The translations under genes were made by a program, and so were the position numbers. Source: Octopus sinensis (taxonomy: Eukaryota). Taken from it: a stretch of DNA of 64,000 nt. Shown here piece by piece: positions 1-12,862 of the stretch. The notes beneath the pieces were generated by a model. It was not told where the DNA came from and did not search any database. It saw only the letters and a list, made by a program, of their open reading frames with translations. Every line of letters begins with the position of its first letter. The first letter of the stretch is position 1. The stretch lies in NCBI RefSeq assembly GCF_006345805.1, contig NC_043008.1, forward strand, positions 67,208,001 to 67,272,000, read 5' to 3'.

Positions 1-21
1 CATAATCGTATGAATTTCCGC

Positions 22-455
22 GTGTACTCTTTTACTCTTTTTTACTCTTTTACTTGTTTCAATCATCTGATTGTAGCCATGCTGGAGCACCGGCTTTAGT
101 CGAGCAAATCGACCCCAGGATTTATTCTTTGTAAGCCTACTACTTATTCTATTGGCCTCTTTTGCCGAACCGCTAAGTTATGGGGACATAAACACACCAG
201 TATCGGTTGTCAAGTGATATTGGGCGGGGGACAAACACAGACACACAAACATATACACTCGCACATACATATATATATATTTACATATATACGATGGGCG
301 TGTTTCAGTTTCCGTTTATCAAATCTACTCACAAGGCTTTGGTCGGCCCGAGGTTATAGTAGAAGAAACTTGCCCAAGGTGCCACGCAGAGGGACTGAAC
401 CCGGAACCATGTGGTTTGTAAGCAAGCTACTTACCACACAGCCACTCCTACGCCT
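22..455 (-). mobile_element. tRNA-derived octopus SINE, family A, full length
   Basis: Head ggcgtaggagtggctgtgtggtaag...gggttcagtccc, core ccttgggcaag, internal (TA/CA)n, tail ccagcatggc...gaaacaagtaaaagag. Many near-identical copies in the window. Confidence 0.85.
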
Positions 456-809
456 ATCTAGAATACAAATTCGCAAAAATTTTCTGAAAATCCCACCACC
501 AAAATCTATGAGGGGTTAGATGACGTGTGTAAAGCAGGATTCCGCCAATATTTCATTTGTTTACAGTTGACAACACATGCTGTCATGCACAAAATGACAG
601 ATTCCAAATCCTGTTTTCTGACTGGGTGAAAATTATCAAACTTTAAACCTCTAACGTTGTTTTAAACAAATTCCTGGAAAAAGTGGAGTATCTCCTGAGA
701 TTCGGCTTAGAAAACTACATTAATGTATCAAATTTTAGAATTTTCAATGAATCTTGAATTTTCGAAAATTGGCATGGTTCCGGGTTCAGTATATATATAT
801 GTGTGTGTA

Positions 810-814
<5 letters not shown>

Positions 815-840
<26 letters not shown>

Positions 841-1062
841 ATGTATGTATATGTTTCTGTGTTTGTCCCCCCACCAACATCGCTTGACAACCGATACTGG
901 TGTGTTTATGTCCCCGTCACTAAGCGGTTCGGCAAAAGAGACCAATAGAATAAGTACTAGGCTTACAAAAAATAAGTCCTGGGGTCGATTTGCTCAATTA
1001 AAGGCGGTGCTCCAGCATGGCCGCAGTCAAATGACTGAAACAAGTAAAAGAGAGTAAAAGAA
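815..1062 (+). mobile_element. SINE family A, 3' half
   Basis: Matches the 3' half and tail of the copy at 15552. Confidence 0.8.
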
Positions 1063-1629
1063 AGCCAAACTGAAAAGATCTAAAATCTGCCCTTCATTTG
1101 GTTCATGAAAATCCATATTTGAGATCTGATTTAAAAGCATTTGGGTGGCTACTTCTAGCAGGAAAAGCATGGCTGATTCACGCCATCTTGGTTGACGTTT
1201 GTTCGATGACGTCAGAAATCAAGGGAAAGATAAATGGCATTCGCTTCGTTAATATTACGTCAAGATAAGAACTTTGGGACAAAATAGCCAGTAGTTGGAA
1301 TTCAACCTGGGACTGGAACAATAGAATGGTAGCATTACAGAATTAATTCTCATCCGTCCTTAACATTTAATCAAACACCACCGGAGCATATAGTCATGAT
1401 AGACATATTATAGTCATGCTATTTAGCTCTCTTTAGTTTTTGGGCCACAGGACCAATTAGCCCTCCGCAGGAGCTTGCTTAAAAGTCCGCATGGAGTGCA
1501 GCTTTTAATCTAGGAAAGTCTTTTAAAGACGTAGTGTGTTAAAAAAAAACAGTGTACGAAATACCGCAACCAAAACCGTTTAACAACACACACACATTAG
1601 GTATATGACATCAATAATACTTGTATGTA

Positions 1630-2030
1630 TTCTTTTTATTCTTTTACTTGTTTCAGTCATTTGACTGCGGCCATGCTGGAGCACCACCTTTAGAAGAGTA
1701 AATCGACCCCAGGACTTATTCTTTGTAAGCCTAGTACTTATTCTATAGGTTTTCTTTTACCAAACCGCTAAGTTACGGGGACGTAAACACACCATATTCT
1801 ATTGTCAAGCGATGTTGGGGGGACAAACACAGACACACAAACATATACACACACTTACATATATATATAAATACATATATACGACGGGCTTCTTTCAGTT
1901 TCCGTCTACCAAATCCACTCACAAGGCTCGGCCCGAAGCTATAGTAGAAGACACTTGCCAAGGTGCCACGCAGTGGGACTGAATACAGAACCATGTGGTC
2001 GATAAGCAAGCTACTTACCACATAGCCACT

Positions 2031-2032
<2 letters not shown>
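1630..2032 (-). mobile_element. SINE family A
   Basis: Reverse complement of family A head, core and tail. Confidence 0.85.
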
Positions 2033-2065
<33 letters not shown>

Positions 2066-2272
2066 AATATTAGGGAATAAATCCAAATTTACAGGGAAAA
2101 AATCAGATTTAGGATTAAATCCAATTTTATAGTAAAATATTAGATAATTTAATTATTCGAGACAAAACAATTGTCTCGAATAATATTATATATATATATG
2201 GCGGTGCCCCAGCATGGCCACAGCTCATAAGCTGAAACTAGAATCAATCAATCATATATATATATATATATA

Positions 2273-2341
<69 letters not shown>

Positions 2342-2344
2342 TGG

Positions 2345-3330
2345 ATCAGGTGTGATGTGTTGTTAGGAGGACCAGGCAGGAATACGGTATCAGGTTGAAA
2401 AAAATAGTTCAAGAACTGTGGAGCTGGTATCAAGGAACCTGGAACTGAATGGGACTTTCTTAAAATGAAGGTCACATAAACAGGCCTGTAGAAACTGGAA
2501 CCTTCTCGCATCTCCTTCCTGCTGCGGCGGTGTACGACATACTCCCAACACCGACACACCTGCACAGATGGGGTTTGAAAAGGGAACTAATTGAGAAGAC
2601 TTCGTGGAGAAAAGAGGCACCCTAATGCATATCTTGTCAGTGTACAAAATGACACTTACTCGAGAGAGAAACAAGTGATGCCATGACAAGTTGCTTGCCG
2701 CACTCGCTCACACTCAGGGACACTATCAGCATGCTAAGCAACACCAACAATCAAGTTCGTGAAGGAATAAGAGGAGCTGGTGAGGACAGCAAAAAGGACA
2801 AGTAGTCTACAACATGGAACCCAATCATGGAATATGGAGGTAGACCTGGAGGAAAGGTTGCAGTTTCCCCAGGTTATCCAGACAATTCTAAAGCTAGATG
2901 TAGTTTTTTATAGTCTGCAAAGAGAAAAAAATATCTTGATTGAGCTTACAGTCCCGTGAAAAGAAGAGTGCGATCAAACACTTGAATGCCAACATACCGA
3001 GTTGCAGAATTGTAAAGAGAAGAGATGGCAGTTATGGCTATTCCCAGTCGAAGTTGGCTGTAGAGAATTCCCTTGCCCAAACAGTATGGAGAATTCTTAC
3101 AGCCATTGGAATAATATGAAAAGAACGAATGGTATCTGTGTGCAGGATGGGAAAGGTAGCAGAAAGAGCCTCTAGTTGGTTATGGAGCAAGATAGAGGAG
3201 TTAATCTGGAAGACAAGTGGAAATGTTGAGCAGTGGTTTGGTCATCTTTGCTAATCCACTAATGGGAGAGTGTTGCGGTCCAGGGTCGAAACATCCGATG
3301 ATCGTTAGATAACATCTGATGACATCAATT
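2345..3330 (+). mobile_element. Degenerate 3' fragment of a restriction-like-endonuclease LINE (HERO-like)
   Basis: Frameshifted peptides RISFLLR-AVYDILPTP-HLHRWG, RGTLMHILS (CCHC region), DLEERLQFPQVIQTILKLDVVF...ILIELTVP and PVEVGCR. Inserted next to (TA)n. Confidence 0.75.
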
Positions 3331-3419
3331 CCTTTTGATCAAAGCTACATTCATCAAGCAGAAGGGAAAAAGAAACACCACTTTTAGGTGTTATCGATAA
3401 CATATATAGGATTAGGATT

Positions 3420-3790
3420 AGCTGTTTGGTAAGAAATTCACTTCCCAACCACTTTGAGAATTCAGTCCCCCTGTGTGGCACCTTAGACAAGTATCTTCTA
3501 CTATAGTCTTGGACCGACCAAAGCCATGTGAGTGGATTTGGTAGATGGAAACTAAAAGAAGCTCGTCGTGTGCGTATGTACGTATGTGTGTTTGCTTTTG
3601 TGCCTGTGCTTGTTCCCCACCACCGCTTGGCAACCAGTGTTGGTTTGTATACATCCTATAACTGAGCAGCTCGACTAATAGAACCTAATAGAATAAGTAC
3701 CATGTTTCAAAACACAATAAGTAGTGGGATCGATTTGTTCGATTAAACCTTTCGATGCTGAGCCCCAACATGGACGCAGTCTAATGAGTA
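3420..3790 (+). mobile_element. SINE family A, diverged
   Basis: Head, core and tail recognisable with many substitutions. Confidence 0.75.
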
Positions 3791-4689
3791 AAACAAATAA
3801 AAAATATCAGATAACATTACCCTTCACACAATCCGACATTACCCTGTCCTCACATGAAAAGATATTCAAATTTTTCTTCAATAATTTTCAGCGATTTTTC
3901 GAATTGCACGTTTTAAAAAGTAGCATTTTTTTTCTTTACTCCCAAAACAAAGTCTTGTTCGAATGTGAGATAATTCAAGGAGCAATTATAAAATTAAATT
4001 ACAAAAAAGGGACTGTTGAAGGTTATAAAATGACACCAGGAAACTTTAAATAACCTTTTTTCTAAGCAACCGACGTCGAACTTGTGAAATTTCGTATGGA
4101 AATGAAATTCTGATAAAAATGATTGATCAAATAATCACACAAAAGGAGAAATGCATAAAAAAATCAGAAAAAAACAAGAATATCTTTAATGAATTAAATA
4201 CTTAAAATTTAACCAATTAAGGGAAAATTTTCTAATCAATAAACTCATTAAATTATGCATGGGTTTATATTTTTAATCTTTGATATCGTAATGGAGTATT
4301 TAAGAGTTCTTTAACCCAAGCTTATTAGTAATCAGAGGTTAAATCGATTGATTAAGATACGCTTGACACTTATTTTATCGACCTTCACGTCGATAAAATA
4401 ACTGTTATGTATCATAAAAGATTGGAAGGAATGAAGTGATAGTTTAGGCAGTGTGGAGGGTTAGACGTCTTATTTATTTATTTGTTTACTTTATACCACA
4501 TTTGTTTACTTTATACCACATTTGGTTGCGTGTGTCCAACGGATCAATCCCCGATCCACTACATTACCGACAACTAGAGAGTGGCAAGAGAATGTGTCCG
4601 CAATTCAATATGGAACATATATGATGCACGGTATATTTATTCAAAAGCACGACCTTTTTTCTAAACAATATTAAATATTTACATAATTT

Positions 4690-5085
4690 AAGGCAGCGAG
4701 CTGGCAGAAACGTTAGCATTCGGGCGAAATGCTTAGCAGTATTTCGTCTGCCGCTCCGTTCTGAGTTCAAATTCCGCCGAGGTCGATTTTGCCTTTCATC
4801 CTTTCTGGGTCGATAAATTAAGTACTTGTTACGCACCGGGGTCAATATAATCGACTTAATCCCTTTGTCTGTCCTTGTTTGTCCCCTCTATGTTTAGCTC
4901 CTTTGGGCAGTAAAGAAATAGGCATTTCGTTCGTCTTTACGTTCTGATTTCAAATTCCGCCGAGGTCGACTTTGCCTTTTATCCTTTCGGGGTCAATAGA
5001 TTGAGTACCATTGAAATACTGAGGTCGTTATAATTGACTAGTCCCCTCCCCCGAAATTTCAGGCCTTGTACCTTTAGTAAACAGG
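4690..5085 (+). mobile_element. tRNA-derived SINE family B with internally duplicated (dimer-like) body
   Basis: aaggcagcgagctggcagaaacgttagc head. The block gttctgagttcaaattccgccgaggtcgactttgcctttcatcctttcggggtcgat occurs twice. Confidence 0.8.
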
Positions 5086-6084
5086 ATTATTACCGTGTAA
5101 CTCGAATCCCGCACGTTAGCTTATCCGGGGATATGATGGCCTTCACTTAACGGCACTGGATATAAGAGTGGCGTATGGAAATGTTTACTAAGTGCAAACC
5201 TTTGATTGTGGGTCGCGGCATTATATAGATATATGCATGTGTGTGTGTGTGTGTGTATCTATATATTAGGTTCAGTATATACATATACATGCTTCTATAA
5301 GTGCCATTCTTGGAGACTGTGTCCACGTGACAGGAAGTCGTTCAGACACACGCAAGGAAACTCCTATTCATTAGTATAGATATTCTTGGAACTGATTTCG
5401 CTTGAATCTACACTTCGGCAATAAAAAAGTCTTCATACTGAACTGGGTAAGACTCATCTGAGTAGCAATTTCCCCAGTAGACGAAATCCATGTTCTTCAA
5501 TTATTGTGATCCACAGGAGGCAGACTATATCAGCCCGGAGAGTCACTTTTAGTCTGATTAGTATATACACGCATACGAACGAACGAACGTACGAACGAAC
5601 GAACGTACGTACGTACGTACATACATACATACATACATACATACATACATACATACATACATACATACATACATACATACATACATACATAATTTCAAAA
5701 CACAGAAATCTCAATATAAACGCGTATTAGAGATGCGTAGAACATATTCAAATAATTACTTCAAACACTGGCACAAGTCCTGAAATTTGGGCGGAGCAAG
5801 CAGTTGATTATAATACTTAGAGTCCTCGGAGGAATGAAAGGCACAGTTTGCTTCAGCGGTTTTTGAACTCAGAACATGATGCGTATCATAGACGAAGAGA
5901 AGAGAATAAGCAGTGCAAGAGCACACACGAAGACGGAGAGTGTCGCTGAGGTCACAGATGTGTGAGGAAAGATTTCCAGACAATAGACACGATTTAGAAT
6001 AAGAACAGTAATAAACGAGTGAAGAACGAATATATAGTGCGTGTGTTTATTTGGCAAAACAAAATATGCAATATGTATATATAT

Positions 6085-6222
6085 TGTTTGTAAGCCTAGT
6101 ACTTATCCTATCGGTCTCTTTTGCCGAACCGCTAAGTTATAGAGACGTAAACACACCAGCATCGGTTGTCAAGTGATGTTGGACACACACACACACACCA
6201 CACACACACAACACACACACAC

Positions 6223-6306
<84 letters not shown>

Positions 6307-6465
6307 CGACGGGTTTCTTTCAGTTTCCGTCTACCAAATCCACTCACAAGGCTTTGGTCGGCCCGAGGCTATAATAGAAGACACTTGCCCAAGGTGCCAC
6401 GCAGTGGGACTGAACCTGAAACCGTGTGGTTGGTAAGCAAGCTACTTATGACATAGCCACTCCTT
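6085..6465 (-). mobile_element. SINE family A (5' part and middle)
   Basis: Matches family A; long internal (CA)n/(TA)n. Confidence 0.8.
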
Positions 6466-6708
6466 CACCTATATATATATTTATATACATACATACATAC
6501 ATACATACATACATACATACATGTATTTATATATTTATATATATATTTATGTGTTTAAAGATACATATATGCACACACATATGTTTAGATACATATATAT
6601 ACACATATAATGTATGTTAATACATGTGTGCATGTATATACAGACACTCAAACATACAAACATACATACAACATACAAACATGCATACATACACATATGT
6701 AGATACAC

Positions 6709-6747
<39 letters not shown>

Positions 6748-7742
6748 CCTACGCACACACAGGCCTACGCACACACAGGCCTACGCACACACACATTTCA
6801 AAGATCTGACAACATCCTATGACATTTCGCATTTCCACCCACCAGTCACTTATTCCTTCAAAGATCCTAGCAGAATGTTTCCTTGTTCTACCTGACACTT
6901 CCATAGAAATCTTGAAAGCAAACAAGACGGAAAGAGGAAACCGTTTCACTGTGCCATCAGTACAAACTGATATTAAGATTATAACATGAAAGGTCACTTC
7001 GATTCAGTTTTTAGACATCACAAAAGTTAGAGGTTGATTATTATTTTTTTTGCGTTTATTTTATTATTTTTTGCAGGTTTGTATTTGTTAGCCCATCTGA
7101 CACATCACATCATCTGGTGGTCTTCCTGAGTATCCCCCGTCCATATATTTGTCTGTATGTTTGCACTTGTGCGCGCACGCATACACACACACATACACAC
7201 ACACACACTGTGATAATCCATTCTATTATAGGCATAAGGCCTGAAATTTGGGGGGAGGGGACTAGTCGATTACATTGACTCCACTGCTTATTTTATCGAC
7301 CTCGAAAGGATGAAATATATATATAGTAATAATGATAATAAATCCATGGATGGGATTTATAAATATCTTAATGCATCACTACGCGCATTTCCACACATCA
7401 CATGTTTCTTGTGACCGTAGTCCGTATTCCTGGCATGATTGCAATACAATCCGTAATGTCCATGGACATCATATGGGTCTTCGTTCATACGTTCATTTCT
7501 TCAGGCGATATGGCAATAAAGTTTATCCATTTTCACCAATCAAAAGGTTCATTGGGGTATGTGAGTGGTTTTGTGTGTATTTGGCGAGGAGAGAAGAAGG
7601 TGATGGAAAGAGAAAAGGGAATGGTAATGATAAAAGTGAAGGTGGAGTGCGAGGTGAGGCTTGACCTGCTTTGATATTTCTGTGTGCACATGTTGGGATG
7701 CATAGTATAGGCCATTGGTCAAACCAATATGTATATGTATGT

Positions 7743-7960
7743 AAGGCGGCGAGCTGGCAGAAACGTTAGCACGCTGGGTAAAATGCTTAGCGGTATTTCG
7801 TCTGTCTTTACGTTTTGAGTTCAAATTCCGCCGAGGTCGACTTTGCCTTTCATCCTTCCGGGATCGATAAATTAAGCCCTAGTTGCGTACTGGAGTCGAT
7901 CTAATCGACTGACTCACTCCCTCAAAATTTCGGTCCTTGTGCATAGAGCAGAAAAGAATA
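7743..7960 (+). mobile_element. SINE family B monomer
   Basis: Head aaggcggcgagctggcagaaacg and tail aaaatttcggtccttgtgcatagagcagaaaagaat. Confidence 0.8.
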
Positions 7961-8184
7961 TGTATATGTAAGTATATGTCTGTCTGTTAGTCTGTACGTA
8001 TGTCATTATTCAGTTTTATTTCAAGATTTCTTGCAAATAGAGAAAGAGTCGGTTTCTAACATAGATTCAAGGCCCCTTCATTGAAATTTCTACATCAACA
8101 ACATGTATGTATGTATGTATGTATGTATGTATGTATGTATGTAGTATGTATGTATGTATGTATGTATGTATGTATGTATGTATG

Positions 8185-8490
8185 TTCGCGCGGTTGAACC
8201 ATTGGGAGTGAAGGACTCCTAGCCTTTGTTAGGGCATCCTTCTATGAGAAGGTAACTTAGGTAACTGGGATAACTCCGATATAAAACCTGCGGCTCGGCT
8301 CAGTGGTTACCGATGAAGTTGACTTGTTCTTCTTTTCGGATTATAGCTGCTGTTACTTAGTGAGTGGAATTGACCCAGTGCACAGCCTTTTCTCACTTTA
8401 AAAAAAATCTTCTTGCACAGGCATTGCACAATAACAAAATTGATTAAGCTTCGTGCAATGGCCATACTCGATAACGAGGGGGCAGCCACC
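8185..8490 (-). repeat. Dispersed element inserted in (TATG)n; second copy at about 11205-11400
   Basis: ttgggagtgaaggactcc...gtgcacagccttt block shared by both loci. Possibly a retroelement 3' end. Confidence 0.65.
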
Positions 8491-8589
8491 ATGTATGTAT
8501 GTATGTATGTATGTATGTATGTATGTATACGTGCAGATTCGTATGTTTTGTTTCATGTATGTCTTCTCATGCATATAGCTGATTATCTA

Positions 8590-9600
8590 GACATGCTCAT
8601 ATCTACTTAAATGATAAACTTCTGGAAAGTTTTACAGGATTTGTAGTTTCAGTGATGGATTGGGTCTGTAGTCTTCGAATAAGCTTTCTCCTTTCTTGTT
8701 TTGAGAAGCCTAATTTCTCAAGATTAGTATTTAGGCAGTGTGTTAGATATCCCAGTGTCCCAGTAATTAGAGGTATAAATATGAAATTGTAATCTGGATA
8801 AAGTAACTGTAGATTTCTCAATAGTTCAGTGTAGATGTTCTCTCTTTCACTGACATTCAGCTTTATGTTAACATCAGCTGGGCAACTGATTTTCATAACT
8901 GTACATAGTTTCTCTTCCTATCCCAAATCATTATGTCAAGTCTATTGTGTTTACATTTTATTGGGTTTTCACTGGGACATTTCACCAGTACTCCTTTTTA
9001 TTATGAGTGAATATGGCTTCCACCATACTGTGGGTTCTTATTTCTTTATCCTCGGGGTTATCCTTTCGACGGATTTCGTTATACAATATCCTAGCTACAA
9101 CATCATGTCTCATCGGTGGAAAATAACGTGATGACATTTTCGGACAACTGTTTATGATGTGCGTGATATCTTCGGTGTTAATTCCACAAAGTCTGCATCG
9201 GTTGTCACATTTTACTGCTTTTCCTGCATCTCTGTCCCTTTTGTGCATCAGATATTGGGTTGATATTTCCTGCTCCTGAATTGCAAATGCATACCCTTCA
9301 AAGTACGAGGTAGTAATCCGGTTGTTAGTCCATGATAGACTGCTTTGATGTTCACTTTTACTATTATCTCAGAGCTTTCTACTAACATATAAATGCATTG
9401 TCTTCTGCTCATATATGCTCATCCTTTCATCTGATGAAACGTTGCGGTAGAGTCGAGCGACTTTTTGGGCATGTATTTAAGGTTATCAAACAAGGAATGC
9501 TACTCAAGGAGCTGCTTGCCAAGTCTAGTCTTATGATGTTATCAGCCTCATGTATGCAAACTTGGTCAAGGGATGCACTTCGACCGCTTGGTGGTTAAAA
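8590..9600 (-). mobile_element. Degenerate RLE-type LINE fragment (R4/Dong-like): zinc knuckle plus endonuclease
   Basis: AIQEQEISTQYL, CRLCGINTEDITHIINSCPKM...RHDVVARILY (CCHC) and ISCPADVNI...IPLITGTLGY (ORFs 8982..9248 and 8603..8896). Flanked by (TATG)n. Confidence 0.75.
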
Positions 9601-10140
9601 GATGTTGCCGAAGGGATATGATACGACATTCAAAGGTAGTTTGGATCGATGTTAAGCCTCTGTCACCTTGTTTTCGTGTTAGGCAGAGGCGGTCTACGTC
9701 ACTGTTGATATGAAAATTATGTGTGCTGGTTAGTATCTTCCGGGTTTTCAGATCAATGGCTCGGATCTCATCAAATGTCCAATCAAGCAGCCTAAATGGT
9801 GTATGTATGTATGTATGAATGAATGAATGACTGTATACATATGTATATGTTTCTGTGTGTAAAGCTGAAGATTACGGCTAAGATTTTTACTTTCACTAGT
9901 TCATCAGGTATTGTTGTAAAAATGTGAAGGTAAATTCTTACATAATCCACCTTTATAATTGATATAGTTACAGTTGGATTTTCTATAACTAAATTAAAGG
10001 ATTAAAATTAATGAAGAAAATTTCTTGATTTTCTTCATTTTTCACACACACACACACACAGAGGCGCGCGCTACACAATTCCCGTTATATATATATATAT
10101 ATATATACGATACATATATATATATATGCATATATATTTA

Positions 10141-10445
10141 TATTAAGGGCATTACTATACATAAATGCCTCACGCTAGGAGGGACTCTTAAAGTCAAAGC
10201 TACTATAATAACCACATTGTACCGAATGCGAAAGAATGCAACTCTCGAAGCGAGCCTCCTAAAAACAGACTCAGCAGCATATCGTATGATTTCGTAATTA
10301 GTGCACAAAATGCACTTTTACTCGTCAGTGCAAGCATAGTCAAGGCATATAAAAATAAACAAAAGTCAACATACAAGACGAACACCACATGTATCCAGCA
10401 TAGTACATAGAAAAACAATTTTTATGTATAGTAATACCCTTAATA
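10141..10445. mobile_element. MITE with about 25-bp terminal inverted repeats in a TA-rich site
   Basis: tattaagggcattactatacataaa at 10141 versus reverse complement of tttatgtatagtaatacccttaata ending 10445 (1 mismatch). Confidence 0.7.
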
Positions 10446-10646
10446 TAAATAAATATATTTATAGGGAATAATTTTAAAAAATTTTCCCTTATGAGGTTTT
10501 TCATGCTAACTACTTGATAAATTCTTATAAAGATTTTATCCTATATTTAAATTGTATATACATACATACATTACATACATACATACATACATACATATCT
10601 ACATACATATATATACATATATACATATATATATATACATATATAC

Positions 10647-10713
<67 letters not shown>

Positions 10714-10718
10714 TATAT

Positions 10719-10756
<38 letters not shown>

Positions 10757-11819
10757 AATATTTAGATATATAACTGTGTAACTATAATTTACCAGTTATA
10801 TACTTTTGCATAACTTACTCTAACACGCACTAATTACATTTTCTATCAGTTTAGTCTGGAGAAAGGAAATATACCTATGCTCTTCAAGATCATCTCAAAA
10901 CATTGTAGGTGGATCGCTGCGATATTTCTCTGAAAATATGAGAAATTTAATTCCTATCTTCCTGAGATTACTGAATTGAATTAATCACCTCATTCGAAAT
11001 CTTGTTAGACTTAATCCCCAAAGTAGAGATACACAATCTACAATAATAATTCGTTGAATTTATAAACGACTCCGCGGCAAAAGATCTTTCTGAAACCTCT
11101 TCCGTAACAAATTTTTACTGCTCGACTTCATGTGAACAAGTGTTTTCAGCGATGTTTATAGCCAAACATAAATTTCATACTAGACAGCGAGCTGAAAATA
11201 ATACCGTTGGGAGTGAAGGACTCCCAGCCTTTGTTAGGACATCCTTCTCGGAGAAGGTAACTCAGGTAACTGGGATAACTCCGACATAAAACCTGCGGCT
11301 CAGTGGTTACCGATGATGTTGACTTGTTCTTCTTTTCGGATTATGGCTACTGTTGCTTAGTGAGTGGGATTGACTCTGTGCACAGCCTTTCCTCACTCTA
11401 AAGCTTAATCTGGAATTGAGTCAACTTGTTAGAAAGTGCAGAACCCATCCATCCTCATCAAAAATCTAAAATTAAATTAAATTGTTTTCATTCATAGGTA
11501 CAATGCCAGAAATTTTGGGAAGGAAAGAAGTCAATTATATCGATTCCAGTACTTAAGCGGTACTTTATTTTATCAAACACCAAGAAATGATGATAACAAA
11601 ATTGACCATGTCGAGAGTTTAACTATTTGAATTAAATTAAAAATAATACATGTTCAGTGTCTGTTCTATTCTATCCGACCATTTTATACTATATTCTTCA
11701 AATGGGATACGCCAATATTGCCAGTCATGACGGAGTACGTGGAAATTAAAGTTTCAGAGATCCTGCTCTATACATTATTTACAGTTGACGGATATTTGTC
11801 CTCATCTTGTTTGTTTTTA

Positions 11820-11863
11820 ACACAACGATTCGGCTGATATATCCTCCAGCCTTCATCAGGTGT
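11820..11863 (-). ncRNA. Minimal hammerhead ribozyme-like motif (GAAA mutated to GAAT)
   Basis: acac CTGATGA a ggctg gaggatatat cagcc GAAT cgtt gtgt: 4-bp stem I, 5-bp stem II. Confidence 0.6.
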
Positions 11864-11914
11864 TTTGGAGAAATTTCGAACCTGAGTTCTCATTCCTAAG
11901 GTATTTTTCGATGT

Positions 11915-11962
<48 letters not shown>

Positions 11963-11965
11963 AAC

Positions 11966-12006
<41 letters not shown>

Positions 12007-12094
12007 TCACTGCCTGGAATCGAACACGGAATCTTGGGGTTAGTAGCCCGCGCTCATAACCCCGAGATTCCAAGTTCGATTCCAGGGAGTGACC

Positions 12095-12128
<34 letters not shown>

Positions 12129-12196
12129 TAATAATAATGATAATAATATCGAAAAATACCTTAGGACTGAGAACCCAGGTTCGAAATTTCCCCAAG

Positions 12197-12237
12197 ACAC
12201 CTGAAGGCTGGAGGGTATATCAGCCGAAACGTTCTGT
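12197..12237 (+). ncRNA. Minimal hammerhead ribozyme-like motif (3-nt deletion in CTGATGA)
   Basis: acac CTGA---aggctg gagggtatat cagcc GAAA cgtt ctg. Confidence 0.5.
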
Positions 12238-12443
12238 TAACAACAAACAAGACGAGAACAAATATCCATCAAATGTAAATAATGTAAATAATGTACATAA
12301 TTCCTCATCTATTAAATATAGAACTTATTATCCTGCTCTATGTTGTCGAATGACCTGCTAGAAATAGTTGCCAAATCTCCCTTACATCATCTTGAAAGAG
12401 AAAGAATATTATATAATGTAGCTCTGTCTCTCTCTCCCTCCCG

Positions 12444-12475
<32 letters not shown>

Positions 12476-12479
12476 TAGA

Positions 12480-12862
12480 ATGGCTGTGTGATAAGAAGCT
12501 TGCTTCTCAACCACATGGTTCTAAATTCAGTCCCACTGCGTGGCACCTTGGGCAAGTATCGACTACAACAGCCTCAAGCTGACAAAAGCCTTGAGTGGAT
12601 TTGGTAGATGGAAACTGAAAAAAAACTCGTCGTATATGTGTATGTGTGTGTGTGTGTGTGTTTCCCCCCACCACCGCTTGACAACTGGTGTAGGTATGTT
12701 TATGTCCTCTTAACTTGGTGATTCGGCAAAAGAGACCAATATAAGTACCAGGCTTTAAATAAATATGTACTGAGGTCAATACATTTGACTAAAAATTATT
12801 CAAGGCGGTACACCAGCATGGCCGCAGTCTAATAACTAAAACAAGTAAAATGAAAATAAAAG
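12480..12862 (+). mobile_element. SINE family A
   Basis: Head tggctgtgtgataag, core and tail present. Confidence 0.8.

Larger units (their letters stand above)
11765..12322. mobile_element. Head-to-head inverted pair of a tRNA-headed retroelement carrying a minimal hammerhead-like motif
   Basis: The arms are reverse complements centred near 12059. B-box gttcgattcc, (AAT)n, then acac-CTGATGA-A-GGCTG..CAGCC-GAAA-CGTT-GTGT consensus. Confidence 0.75.

Noticed and set aside
1165-1240. YY1 (gccatctt) and CRE (tgacgtca) motifs as a promoter
   Set aside because: No adjacent exon was found, and the motifs lie in what looks like transposon-derived sequence.
3255-3325. Hammerhead-like words (gtcgaaac, ctgatga) at the HERO-like 3' end
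   Set aside because: Order and pairing do not form stems I-III.
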